From positions 1,054,001 through 1,118,000 of the forward strand of contig ML978130.1 of NCBI GenBank assembly GCA_010015805.1: a DNA stretch of 64,000 nt. The letters are read 5' to 3'. Every line of letters begins with the position of its first letter. Position 1 is the first letter of the stretch. Below, in pieces: positions 39,238 to 51,897 of this stretch. The notes beneath the pieces are model-generated. The model was not told the origin of the DNA and ran no database searches. It saw nothing but the letters and a program-made list of their open reading frames with translations. Source of the DNA: Rhizodiscina lignyota (lineage: Eukaryota). The translations under genes were made by a program, and so were the position numbers.

Positions 39238-40320
39238 GGTGGAGAGAGTGAAGCAGCGAATGCCCTCGGAGTTGGGGACCCGTGCTCACCAAGGCAGTGA
39301 AGCACGCGAGGCCTTTGATGGCGTGCAGTAGAAGAGTTGTGGATAGTAGTTCGTGATCTCTATGATGGAACAATCCAAGAAAAGGAAGAGCGCAAGAGAT
39401 ACAGATTGTTGGCGGAGTGTGGAGTCATTTAAAAATTCGCGGGCATTACGTACAAAAAGTCTTGGCTTCGATGCTGCTCCCCTGCGCGCCAAAATCCGGG
39501 GTAACAGGGATCTTCCTGTAACATGTGTTTCACGACCTATCCCTGGCTCCAAATTTTCGAGTCTCGACTGCGAAGCCTGCAATTGCATCAAAACCTAACA
39601 ATTTTGTGACAAGCATGCGCCTTGATTCAATCCAGCAGAGCGCAATAACTTACCATTAGCTTACGGTATCAGAGCTCAGTCCCTCACACGGATCGGGCCG
39701 ATTGGTGGCCTCTAACTGATTTCCACGTAGATTATGCAATGTACAACCAAAGTCCTCTCTTTTCGTGATAAGTTAGGTAACGGCAATGATTGATAATCAG
39801 TCATGACTGTTCAACTGTGAGATGTTCAGCCCTCTATACACAAGGCTGACTGATCTTCATTCTGCTTATATTTCTCCCTTGAGCTCGTTCTTCTCGCTGT
39901 TACGATAGTTCCAGGTCTACGCCTTCTCGATTCCAGGCCGTGAGATTTATTTGGTCTCCTTGCAGTTCGTTCATCGCTTATTCGTGGAGCATAGTTAAAT
40001 TTTTCCCTGGCCTCTTCCTCTTCTCACAAGGCTGCCAAGGCTATGTCTGATTGGTATTGCTGCAACTGCGCCTTGGAAACGTGATGTGGCGTCCCCACCT
40101 CCGCACCGCCAGGCTAATCGCGAGGCTGAAAACCTCCGACTCATTGCGACTGCTCTGTCCTCTCCTGGAATGTTATGTCTTCGGAGGTTCTCAAAGTTTT
40201 TCCATCTAATGTTTCCGGGTTGCTCATTGCATCACACTTCGTCTCTACTGATCCGTCCCAAAGCTGTATAGTCGGGACTCGGCGCTTTCGACAAGGCTGA
40301 ACCCTGTAGATGCACGCGAG

Positions 40321-42488
40321 ATGGCAGATCCATTCTCTATCGCAGCCCTTAGCATCAAGGTTACTGCTAGTACTGCGCAGTTAATTGTTGACCTCAATGC
40401 TCTCAGGGGCCGGTACAAAGCGGTGCCACGAAATGTCCAACTCTTCACAACGCAAGTGTCGGCATTGCGTTCTGCAACCTCCAGCCTTGCCGTTTGGTTG
40501 AAGAAGACAGAAGTCGATGATGATAAACGAAAGAAATCTGAAGATGCTGCTCACCAGCAGCTAAAGCGCGATCTCCACGATTTGCTCGAGGGATGCGACC
40601 TCCTCATAGCCGTAATCGCCGAGCATATCAAAAATGTCAGGAAAGATACGGAAGGGGTCGGATTTGCGGTAAAGACAAGATACGTATGGGGAGAGAAGGA
40701 GCTGGAGGACCATAGGAAAGCATTGGGGTATCAGTGCGATGCTTTGATGTTCATCCTGAAATGTCTGGAACTGTAAGGGCAATTGGATATCATAGATTTG
40801 TCAACCCCACCTTGCTAATGGCAATATCACCCAGTTCGGACAAGACAGCTACTCCTCCTGCTATCAACTCAACGGAGACCCGACAACTCATAGCGTTGGC
40901 AAAAGACAGCGCATCCTCTATACTTTCGAGAGACGATTCATCACAAAGAAGCAACGAAGGGCAAGGACCCATTGAGTTCGGAAGCTCTTCAACGCTGGAG
41001 AGACCTTCTGCGTACATATTCGAGGAACTGTTGCAACAATCACAACCATATGTCGAAGCAAGCAGGAGTCCGACAGACACCAGAAGCTCTTTATCACCAA
41101 GAAGCTCCACCGAAACGGAGACACCAAGTTCTTCGATTACGGGGGCATCGTCGAACGACACGACACTTCAAACGCCAAAAATGGCCGACGCAAAGAAGAT
41201 TGCGCAGCTTGAAGAGAAGGTGAAGCATCAAGACTTCGTCATCAGCCGATTGAAACGAGAGAAAGAAGGTATTAAAATATTGTCTCAGTACATCACCGAC
41301 TGCTCCACGTTACAGTTGCAGTTGGAAGAAAGGGAAATGAATCTTCAAGCTGCCACTGAGAGGATCCAAGGCCAACGAGAAGAATTAGGCAAAATGGAAA
41401 CAAGTCTCCAGCTTGCTGTGGTCGAAGTTCGCAACCAGCAAGAGAAGCATGAACGCACTGTCACTGACATGAATTCGCGGCTGTCCTCCCTTCAACAAAA
41501 GGCTCATACAGCTTGGGATGAACTTGGACAAAGCAATATATCAAAACAGAGTCTCGAAAAGAGACTCCTTGAGGTGTCCCGAATCAATCAATGGCTGACA
41601 GCCGAGAGTAAAGGCCTCAGAGCCTGTCGAACGAATCTCACATCAAATCGTTGAAAATAGTGAGCATTCTCGAAAAGGCTTAGAAAGCTTGTGAATTAAA
41701 GGATTGAGAGGGCTAAGGGAGGAGAGGGCTCCCTGACCGATTATATACACTAAAATAAGGAGAAAGGCATCGGAAATTAGGACTCCGAAGCCCACGGCGA
41801 CTCCGAGCCGTGCCAGTTGACTGACTCGTTCAATAGAGCCTCATTGCTAGAGGAGCGAGATACAACCACAATCCTCAGCGAAACAAAGACCGTCCTCGAG
41901 GCTGAACGAGATCGTTTAGAGCAACATCTTAAACTCATGGCGTTTGATGTCGTCGAACTGCAAGAAAAACTGGAAAAAGAATCGGCAGATTTCGTTTCAT
42001 GCGCAGCAAATTTCGTTGCATGTGGGAAGGATGTCGAAGTCCTCCATGAAGAGCTCAAACACCAGAAGGTAGCACTCAGTGCCATCCAGAATCAATATGA
42101 GCAACGCGAACTGGAGCTGCAGCAGGGCAGTGTCAAACTAGCGGACGAATTCCAACGATTTATGGCGATATGCACACGCGTCCAGTCCAACTCTACAGAA
42201 GGGACAAATAAGCCAGTGGAGCCCACGGAACCGACATTCAATAAATTGGGGAATGGTAGCACTGCACAAACAGCAGAGAAGGATGTGCCACGAGTGTCTT
42301 GGGGTCAGACGTTACCACCACAAACGATTGGGCAAAGTAAAAACGAAGCCGAATCTAAACGACCAAGAACTTTTAATGACATACCACCGTTTAGAGAGAC
42401 CCTTCGAATAGCACGCGGAGGAAGCAGCACCAAATCTCCAAGTCAAAGGAAGAAACGGTTCCCAGTCAACACAACGCACAATGCCTGA
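40321..42488 (+). CDS. Protein with HeLo-like/fungal N-terminal domain and long coiled coil; splice structure near 41600-41840 unresolved
   Basis: MADPFSIAALSI...YKAVPRNVQLFTTQVSALRSA...KTRYVWGEKEL resembles fungal STAND N-terminal domains. Downstream ORFs are coiled-coil-like. Confidence 0.6.
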
Positions 42489-43327
42489 CATCCCCACTGC
42501 CCCAATGTACAACCGAACTACCAACATACCCAGGTAACTTATCCTTCATGGAGTCCCACACGGACACGTAGCGACATCTTATAACCTCCGCCAGCAGTAG
42601 TTCCGCCGATATGCACGAAGCCGAAGTGGCTCAATGGGAAGAGGCGTGCGGCGATCAAGCTGAGAACCAGAGAAAACATAGTGCGCTATGCAATAGAACT
42701 TGACATCGACTCTCAAAGCGACGTAATCCTCGTAAAACAATAGGGCATTGTTCAAGCTAGTCGACGCTTGAGGTTCCATGTGAGATTACATTCGACACCA
42801 ACGTCGATGAAAGCGCCAGTGGGATATCTGTGAACAATAGTCAGAGACCTTTCAAGCGGCACCAATGATACGAAAAATTCATCAAGCCATCCGTTGGAAC
42901 GACCCTTTAACGACCATACAAAGGAGCAGGGCCTTTAACACCGGAAGATGGCGTTAGTCCTGCATCGGTCGTACTATGCCCGGGTGATGGATGAGCACGT
43001 GCTCTGTGATAAAGCTTCTCTTCCAAAGTTGCTGCCTTGTTCCCTTTATTTTTGCAGCTCATCACAAAAGCGCAGGCGAGAAAGCGCGACCCGCGCACTT
43101 CCTATGACAGTACTTCTTCGACCACTGCTCACAACGCTTGTTCAAATCATTCGGCAGCCTCTCACAACAACGCATCTTTCTTGCACTATTTAATTGCAAT
43201 CAAGAGTAAGAGTAGGTCTCCCTTCCTGACGCGCTGATGTTCCTCCTCCGCAACATCGCTGACTGATCATTCTAGAGTGTCGAACACTCATTGCTCTCGA
43301 AGCCGCAAGCTCGCGTCCCTTTCGAAA

Positions 43328-43969
43328 ATGTCGCATCATACCGACGGATCTCCGCTCGACAGTGCAAGTGAGGGTGCAGCCGACTCTAATTTTGACGGAG
43401 GCCCGGGTGAAACTCCAACCGATCATCACGACGACCTTCCGAGCGACGGCGCTAAATATGTAGCTGCGGCGATGTCATCCATCCAGGACGCTAGCGACAA
43501 AATCTTTTTCGAAGCGGAGGAGTTAAAGCTGTTTGATGAAGCAAAGAACTGGTGCAAAGCTCGCGACTCTCTGCTCGTCGCCGAGGTGCGTGAAGCTGTA
43601 CAGCTGCTCAGCATGATTGACACAGAGCAATGCCCGATTATCACCAGAGACATCTTGGGACAATTGCGAGATCTGACGCGAAAGTTCCGCGATCTTTCGC
43701 AGGTAGCAGAGGCCACTATCAAGGGAATAGAGACTCTTATGGCTCTCTCAGGGGTACGGGGAAGGATGGCTTTTGAGGAAACTTTCATCGAAGAGGAAGA
43801 AGCCGCCATTGAGACAGAGACAGACACTGAAAAGAGGGCAGAATGGGAGCAGATTATACAGAAGGTAAAGGCACATCGAGAGAAGCTAGAGAAGGATGGA
43901 CGTGAACTTACAGTGGTTTTGGAGCAGTGCATGAGAGATATCAGGGCGGCATTGAGAAGGGCAGCGTAA
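43328..43969 (+). CDS. Hypothetical helical protein
   Basis: 213-codon ORF from MSHHTDG with protein-like charged helical composition. Confidence 0.55.
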   Translation: MSHHTDGSPLDSASEGAADSNFDGGPGETPTDHHDDLPSDGAKYVAAAMSSIQDASDKIFFEAEELKLFDEAKNWCKARDSLLVAEVREAVQLLSMIDTEQCPIITRDILGQLRDLTRKFRDLSQVAEATIKGIETLMALSGVRGRMAFEETFIEEEEAAIETETDTEKRAEWEQIIQKVKAHREKLEKDGRELTVVLEQCMRDIRAALRRAA

Positions 43970-43976
43970 GAGGCGC

Positions 43977-44010
43977 CGGCACACCATGGTGAACGGCACA
44001 CCATGGTGAA
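43977..44010. repeat. Perfect 17-bp tandem duplication (CGGCACACCATGGTGAA x2), each unit containing the palindrome CACCATGGTG
   Basis: Read directly from sequence. Confidence 0.95.
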
Positions 44011-44399
44011 TTGCACATCTATTTTGTAGCCGTCTGAGTAGCGAGCTAGGTATTACTGCGAATTTATGATGGCATTGAGTGGGCGTCACATGCAGTACCG
44101 TTTTGAGGAGCTCAAACAAATGTATAATCAACGTCATGGAACTCACTCTCCTTACCCATCTCGAGGGTGACAAGAAGTTAACCACCTCTTGAATAATTAT
44201 GAAGCATAACCTCTATAACCACAAAGTGTGTAAGTTTTCAATGGGACGCTATTGTTGTATGCACTCCAAAGGATATAAACCTAAGCTTTCAGCGATAGTC
44301 ATGCTTACGTTGAAGTGCAAAAGCTGCTCGCCATTGGGTGTCACAGCTTGCCTGACGAGTAATTACTTCGTCACCCTTCTTACCATGTGGTATTTCGTA

Positions 44400-44495
44400 A
44401 TTACTTAGTAGCGCTGATTGGAAGTGAAGCCGTCTGAAACACTAACGGGCAGCTGTGAGGATGTATCTGAGGCTTGGAGGAGAACTTTATAGTAT
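44400..44495 (+). repeat. Left copy of a ~95-bp degenerate direct repeat (partner at 57001-57095)
   Basis: Manual alignment, e.g. GGGCAGCTGTGAGGATGTATCTGAGGCTTGGAGGAGAACTT vs GGGCAGTTGTGAGGATGTATCCGAGGCTTGGAGGAGAACTT. Confidence 0.92.
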
Positions 44496-44500
44496 ATGCA

Positions 44501-44575
44501 CGTGAACTTACGGTGGTTTTGCAGTAGTACATGAAAGATACCAGGACGGCATTAAGAAGGGTAGCGTATGGGGCG
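44501..44575 (+). repeat. Degenerate copy of the 3' end of the 43328-43969 gene (43901-43975)
   Basis: Ungapped manual alignment at exactly +600 bp, 11 mismatches in 75 nt. Confidence 0.92.
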
Positions 44576-45052
44576 AGGGCCGACCTGGTGGGTTGCACAC
44601 CTTGCTCAAGTCTGCACCGCTACAAGCTCGGGCTACTCTCCTTCCACTCAACTTCAGCACTTAATTCTGCTTAGCCCTGCTGAATATTATGTTAACTGTG
44701 CCCGAGGTACACGTCTACGATTGTTAGCTATACGGGCTCCACATTAGGGCGGTGGTCCTGAACCGGACTATCTATGTAATTTCGCCCACGCATGGACCCT
44801 CCACTCAAGAGCATATCCAGGGTGGTCGAAACCTAGCCTGCTGGGGAGTTTGCTGAAAGTGGTCCACCTGGGTGATTGTCTGAGATTCCTCTCCGAACCC
44901 ATACATCGTAGGATGAGCCTCATTTTGGGTTTGATACCCTCTAAGGCTTTTCAGCCACGATGATACTCCGATTTCGGGTCATGGCCAGTATATTCAGCCT
45001 GTCACCGAGCCAACCAGACGGATAATGCCAGACACCGTTAGTCTGCCGCTCC

Positions 45053-47106
45053 TCAGCCGAACAGGTACTGCCTCGTGGAGCTGATCCCGGATTTCTGGTC
45101 GATGAGAGAGCCCCACCAGCTGTCCGGGTCTGCCGCTGCCGCCCATACCTCTTCGAGGAGGCCAAGGGTGGTGAGGAACATGTCGTACCGCGTCTTGACG
45201 CCCCACCAGTTACAGTAGTCCCTGGCCTCTTCCCTCAGATACTCGTCGTCCGTCTCGCACGCGGCTAAGAAGACGGGTAGCAGGAGCTGCTTCTGAATCA
45301 TGACGCTCCGCCTGCACGACAACACGTTGTTGAGAGCCTTGCGCGCGAAGAGGCGGATGCGCGCCATAGAAGCCTCGCAGCGGCGCCACTTGAAGACGCG
45401 CTCAATGTAGACGAGCAGTGCAAACCGCCACGCCTGGGCGCAGTGGTAGAGGTCCTGGGCGTAGTGCGCTGCCTGGACAGGATCCAGGGCCCCGTCGTCA
45501 GGGATGCCAGCAGCGCCCGGCTGGGTAAATTCCACGTCCGGATCGTCGTACTGGGGTGCCCGCCACTCCTCGATGGCTTTCTCCACGGCTAGCACGGGGC
45601 CCATGTCGAAGGTGACGCAAGTCATGTGCGAGGCCAGCTCGAACTCGCGTGCGTAGGTTCCGAGCCGGAACATGTACCTGAAGAGCTCCTCAGGGCATCC
45701 CGAGATGTTGTAGAAGGTCGGAGCGTTGTTTGGGTTGAAGACGTTGCTGATCGTAGGGCCAGACAGGACGAACCCTTGACGAGTGGTGAGGCCAAGCGTG
45801 ACATCCCACCTAGATGTCGCATTGGTCAGTTGTGTTGAAAGGATACGGTTGTGTGGGAAGAAGACACACCAAACAAACATGTCGACCTGAGCCTGAATCC
45901 TTGGGCTCCTTTGGATTTTGAATGCCCCGAGAGCTTCGATGATCCTCTGCGCGCGCCTGAGGTGCGCAACCCAGGGACCTTGGGCTGAGGTAGCACACTT
46001 GGGCAGATGGTTAGCTGGAGTGGACTGGGGTAGCGAGTATTTCAACCAGCTCACATCTAAGGTCATCAATATCAACAATCCATTAAGCAAGTTTGTCCCA
46101 GAATGTGCGGATCCAAGGTAGCCGTCTAGTTCCTCGAGGAGCTGCACGGCTTTCCTCTTGTGCACCTTTGCTTCGGCGAGGCAGGAACCAGTCTCGCGAT
46201 GGATGTGCTTATACGACAAGGCCAGAATAGAGTGCCACAGAAGGGGCGAGCCTCTGCCGGTCTCAATATCATAGCGGAAAGGATTTGCTTCAAAGTCGTG
46301 CGTCAAAGGCCAGACGCAAAATTCCCGGTCATCTGCCCGGCAACGTTAGTGGCTTGCGCCTCGCTTTATCTCTCTGAGGTCATCAAGGCACTGGCGGGCT
46401 TACACTGGGCGAAGAGCCTATAAAAATTGTCGCTGATATTTACAGGTATTGAGCTATGATCGTCCAGTTTGGGGTCGATATCTCTCAAAATGCCTCCAGT
46501 TGAGTTGGGCGAGTCTTCCGACGATATATCTTCTATGATCGGATGGCCCTGATCTCCTGGAAGGTGCTCTTGGGACCTGTCTAGTGAATGTTCAGGAGCT
46601 GCCATACTGGTATGGCCTAGAGTAGGCGAAGTAGTCAGGTGGAACGGGGCGCCAAACAAAGGTAAGGGGTCGTTGAAGTCGAGAGCAGGCCCCAAGGCAT
46701 CCGTGGCCATTGTCAGACCGGTCGATGCCGGCCAGTCCAGGAGTGACTCCAGAATGTCAGTGGGAGGGTGTACTACAGTGGTCGGCATAATTTGGGGCTC
46801 ATCGGTGAAAGATGTGGCTATTGGTGTTCTCGTGGTTGTGACGTCCTCATTCTGGAATGCAGCGCTAGGTGCAGCGCAGCCGTCGTTTCCCTCAGGACTG
46901 GAGCTTGCGTGTGATTCGGTGTGCACAGTAGAGACCAGCTGCATCAGCCTCCGCATATCGTTTGTCGCTGCCGCCGCCTTCACCACAGACATGGGCTGCG
47001 GCGACGTCGACTCGGCATGGCGGGTGGTAGACGGCGCACATCGGCGTCGCTTTCTGCTCGGACCACCGACAAACTTGAACGTGCGGGGCAACTTGGGCTG
47101 GGACAT
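45053..47106 (-). CDS. Fungal-specific transcription factor (Fungal_trans_2-like), no intact Zn cluster visible; multi-exon
   Basis: NPFR, SPLLWHSILALS, WVAHLRRA, W(W)DVT, ISGCPEELF, LLLPVFLAACE. Basic N-terminus FKFVGGPSRKRRR. Confidence 0.85.
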
Positions 47107-48385
47107 GTTAACGTCAACAAGAAGAATGAGAGGAGAGCACGGTCAGTGAGATACAGTGCAATCGAGCAAGGAACGTACCCCACATAAGAAAAATCCTCCT
47201 ATCGCACCATGGTCTGGGCTTCTACGCCATTCCCGGGTGAGCGGGACGACCGACGAAGCTCCGCACAGGGGTTTGCCAGGTTATGCTAATAGGGGCGTAC
47301 AGCCTTGTTCGCAACTGGGGAACTATATCAGATACAAGCACGCAGAACAATCACGGCGCGTGAAATACTATAAGCTTCACCACGAGCAAAATCAGGATGA
47401 GAACAGTGGTGCCAAGCTTCACGCGGCGTTGACCAGCTTGCAAAGCTCCATCTTGCTTATGACGGTCTAAGTGCTGTTCGCCTCGATCTCACGCGCCACA
47501 TTCTCAGTGCAGTGCCGGGTGTGGTTTGACGATGATGCTGTAGCTGACTCTTCAAGCACTGTCGACTCGTTCGATCTCAGCTGTTGGTTGTACTGCGAGG
47601 ACGGCCACCCTGCAACAGCGGTCGAGTCCCTTTCGTGCTTTCGAATTAATTGTTTGGTTGGTAAGTATCGGAGGAGCAGAGAAAGCGTCTGTATAGTTCG
47701 ACTAGGACGAGCAGAAGAGATAGAGTGGCAGTTGAATAGCAAACGACCTGGATGTGTAGACAAAGTAGATACGTCGTCTCAGTGCCTCGTCGCTCCCTAC
47801 AAAGTCACCTACACTTGGCCACAATATAGACCACCACTTTGCCCCATTCCAGCCTCATTCCAACTCTACATTTCCTGATTTGAGATATTCAATTGTGGGG
47901 TAGAAATTTCTACCCTCCCTGAGTCAGGACAGCACCTCCTGTCTGGCTTATCTTCGGTGGCGGGCACCGCTAGTACAGAAAAGGCGATTGGACTTTGCCG
48001 CTATGCCCAATCAGGAGAAATGGCACATAGAGCGCCGGGGTCAATCCAACCACCTGCTAATCTCATTTTGGAGATATTGACACCCTGCCATCCTCACTTT
48101 ATACACTACAACCGGTGTGTCCTACCCTCCTAGCGTTCGATGTCAGGCGTCTAGGCGTGCACCAGCTGGCATGATGTCAACGCTACCAGAGCGGAGCGCC
48201 GAGCATGCTATTCCTCGCAAAGAACACTACCAAGTAGGGCAGTCTACCAAGCTGCCTTTACCTTGAATTGCTCTATCTAGTGCGTACTTCATCAGTGAGA
48301 TTACTCCGCGAAACATGCCCTCCAGCCAGTATGTCTCGTTGCATTTCGCCCTATCAAATTTGCTGCAACAACGCACACGTCCACG

Positions 48386-49682
48386 ATGGCTTCGTTGAGC
48401 TCGAACGACAGTATCGTCATTGTTGGGTAAGTTCATATGTTCGCAGCGGCTGGCAAAACACCTAACGATTGGTCGCTCAGGGCCGGTATCATTGGTCTCA
48501 ATGTTGCGTTGGTCCTCTCGGAGAGAGGCTACGGCCAGTCGATTGCTGTGGTGGCTGAGCATTTTCCAGGCGACACGAGTCTGAATTACACGTCACCATG
48601 GTGAGAAATGTGCAGATCCGAGCCGAGCGCCTTGCACGATCTGTATGCTTACTTGGAGCAGGGCCGGCTGCAACTTCTCGGCAATCTCCGGCACAGATGC
48701 CACTGCATTGCGTTGGGACCGTCTGGGATATGATCATCTTTCGAGGCTTGCGTCGGTGCGCTCTGAGGAAGCATATGTGCATTGGACTCCGTCGATTGAG
48801 CTTTGGGATGAGGATGTTCCTCGTGATAAGATACAACACATGTCAGAATATCTGAGAGATGTAAGGGCCTGCATAATCCTGCGCGGCGCTAGGTGTCGCT
48901 GACATACCACAGTTCCGAATCTTGCCTGAAGCTGAGCTTCCGAAGGGAGTGAAATTCGCTGTCTCCTTTACCACGCTGACCGTGAATGCCCCCGAGCACA
49001 TCAAGTATCTGCATCGAAGACTTCAGGACCAGTACGGTGTGCGGTTTGTGCGCAAAAGGCTCCCCAGCATCCAGTCAGCGTACGCGAGCCCGTCCACCAA
49101 GATTGTCTTCAACTGCACGGGAATTGCCTCTGGCACCCTCCCTGGCGTCGAGGACCCCAAGTGCTACCCTACCCGAGGCCAGGTGGTGTTGGTAAAGGCC
49201 CCTCATATCCAAACCAACATGATGCGTCACGGCGCGGACTACGAAACATACGTGATCCCTCGCCCGGGATCCAATGGGAACGTCATCTTGGGTGGGTACA
49301 TGCAAAAGAGAGTCAGGTAATTCTCTGGCAGTACTGATAATTTCCATAAATCCTCGCTAACGTGATTCTCAGCGACGGTTCTACCTACGCTTTCGAAGTT
49401 GAGTCCATTTTAGCCCGCACGCGTGACCTGAGCCTGGAGATTCGCCAGCAGGAGCCTGAGTTATTGGGCACCTTTGCCGGCCTCCGCCCTTCACGTGAAG
49501 GAGGTGCGCGTGTGGAGAGAGATGAGGTCGTTATAGACGGGCAGAAATGCGCACTGGTTCACAACTATGGTGCGGGTGGCACGGGTTTTCAAGCTGGCTA
49601 TGGCATGGCCCTCGAATCCGTGGCGATAGTCGAAGATGTGCTGCACCAAATTCAGAACAGCATGCCTCGAGCGAACCTCTGA
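48386..49682 (+). CDS. D-amino acid oxidase family flavoprotein with PTS1-like C-terminus (-ANL); multi-exon
   Basis: IVIVG/AGIIGL, YTSPW/AG, FNCTG, YPTRGQVVLV, TYVIPR, GLRPSR, HNYGAGGTGFQAGYG. Confidence 0.93.
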
Positions 49683-50188
49683 AAATGCGATTGTTCGTAT
49701 TGCAATTTTAAGCATTCAGTGTATTAGTAAACTGCAACACATTGAAGCGATCAGTTTTAGTCAAGTTGCAGTACTACAGTAAGATGCTCACGGCTCATGC
49801 TATTAGTTCAGACCCGTATATACTCTTAGTACAGAAGCTCAAGCATAGTGCACTGGCCAACCAGCTCCCTTCACAAGACCTAGTACTGCGGCGACTACTG
49901 CCCTAGTGTCATGGTTAGAGTCAATATACGGGGCTCCCGTCATTACTGCGTTCCTCTGCATTGCCAAATTAGGAATTACCGGATTAAGGGAAACTGCAAC
50001 GTGGAAGTTCAATTGCTAGGTAGATAGTCCTTTCCTCTTGAGTATACTTGGCGTGAGATAGGTATGCTTATTAGACGCTGCAGGTCGCTGGCTGAATTGA
50101 CAGGCAACGAACAGACTCTGCTCTAACCACTCGTTGTCCTCAAAGCCATTCCACTCGGCGGCCCATCCGAAGAAGACGGCCAACCAGC

Positions 50189-51211
50189 ATGGCTACCATG
50201 GACCAAGTCTTCGCTGGTTACCACAGCCGACAGGCTGTTCTGGAGGCCAGTTTCGACAAGAATCTTTTTGCTAGCGGCATTGCCTGGGTCGAGGGGGAGT
50301 TCGTGCCTCTCCACGAAGCTCGCATCCCGCTGCTAGACCAGGGCTTCATGCACAGCGATTTGACCTACGACGTACCATCTGTCTGGGACGGCCGCTTTTT
50401 CCGGCTCGACGATCATATGACTAGACTACAGGCCAGTTGTGAGAAGATGCGGCTGCAACTTCCTCTGCCGCGTGAAGAGGTCGAGAGGATCCTGGTCGAG
50501 ATGGTTGCCAAAAGTGGCATTCGTGACGCCTTCGTCGAGCTAATTGTGACCCGCGGTTTGAAGGGCGTGCGTGGCCATACCCCCGGCGAGGTCTTCAAGA
50601 ACAACCTTTACATGTTCATCGAACCTTACGTGTGGGTGATGGAGCCCGAAATCCAGCCCACTGGGGGCAAGGCCGTTGTGGCGCGGACAGTGCGGCGCAT
50701 CTCTCCAGGGTCTATCGACCCGACCGTGAAGAACCTCCAATGGGGCGATCTCACGCGTGGTCTCTTCGAGGCTGCCGACCGAGGCGCCGTATATCCATTC
50801 CTAACAGACGGTGACGCGAATCTCACCGAGGGGTCGGGGTTCAACATCGTTCTGATTAAGGACGGCGTCCTGTACACACCCGATCGTGGTGTTTTGCAGG
50901 GTGTCACCCGCAAGAGTGTTATCGATGTCGCCAAGTCCTGCGGCTTCGTAGTGCGGATCGAGTACGTGCCGACAGAGATGGCCTACAGCTGCGATGAGAT
51001 TCTCATGTGTACTACCGCCGGCGGGATTATGCCCATCACTGAGCTCGACGGCAGACCTGTAGGGGACGGCAAGGTCGGTCCCATCACAAAGAAGATCTGG
51101 GATGGCTACTGGGCCATGCACTACGATCCAACCTACAGTTTCGAGATTGACTACGCAACCAGTACTGCAAAGAGAGTGAACGGCGCAAAGAGCTTGAACG
51201 GTACACACTAG
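50189..51211 (+). CDS. (R)-selective amine:pyruvate transaminase (PLP fold type IV), intronless
   Basis: [50 protein letters not shown]. These match the (R)-ATA signature; the sequence is closely colinear with the Aspergillus terreus (R)-omega-transaminase as recalled. Confidence 0.95.
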   Translation: MATMDQVFAGYHSRQAVLEASFDKNLFASGIAWVEGEFVPLHEARIPLLDQGFMHSDLTYDVPSVWDGRFFRLDDHMTRLQASCEKMRLQLPLPREEVERILVEMVAKSGIRDAFVELIVTRGLKGVRGHTPGEVFKNNLYMFIEPYVWVMEPEIQPTGGKAVVARTVRRISPGSIDPTVKNLQWGDLTRGLFEAADRGAVYPFLTDGDANLTEGSGFNIVLIKDGVLYTPDRGVLQGVTRKSVIDVAKSCGFVVRIEYVPTEMAYSCDEILMCTTAGGIMPITELDGRPVGDGKVGPITKKIWDGYWAMHYDPTYSFEIDYATSTAKRVNGAKSLNGTH

Positions 51212-51897
51212 AGTGCTGTGGTCGGATGTAGATCGCAGCCATGCAGTTTCAATAATTTTGTCAGGAGGTGATCAGTGTGCCTTAGCGTGTATATAGCCTT
51301 GCACTTCTCCTGGGGAGCTTCCTCCCTCAATCAACTCACATTGATCATTCGTGCTCCGACAGCCTTTCCACATCTGCCATTATTACGGATTGTGTTTAGC
51401 TAAATATTTAGATATAATAAGGAAGGACAAGGGCAAGTAAGGAAGACATGTGGCCTGACGGACTGGATGTAAAGTCATCTTCACTAAGCTACACAACATG
51501 CCAAGTATCGTGAGAAATGCGATCATAAACAGATCAATTCGATTAGCTGTGTGCAGTCCCTTTAGATTGATTGATAACGATACTCCAATCAGCACAATCC
51601 CTTGGCAATCAAACGTTTGGTTGGATTATTGACAGGTCACTGACTATATTCTCCACATGCGCGCTGGGCCCCTCGATAAAAGATCTCAGACTCTTCCATG
51701 GCAGTTTGCCGTCCACACTAAGAAACTTGTAGAAGTGCTCTTAGGACTCGGTGAAAGAGGGGCATCTCTATTATCAACCCAACAGCGTTGCTATTCAATC
51801 ATGGTCTTCGTATGGCGCTATCTTGCCCCTTGGAATGAGTAGATGTGCTACATTCCCGATTGCCAACCCTCTCCAACCAGGTGTTGCATATATGGCC

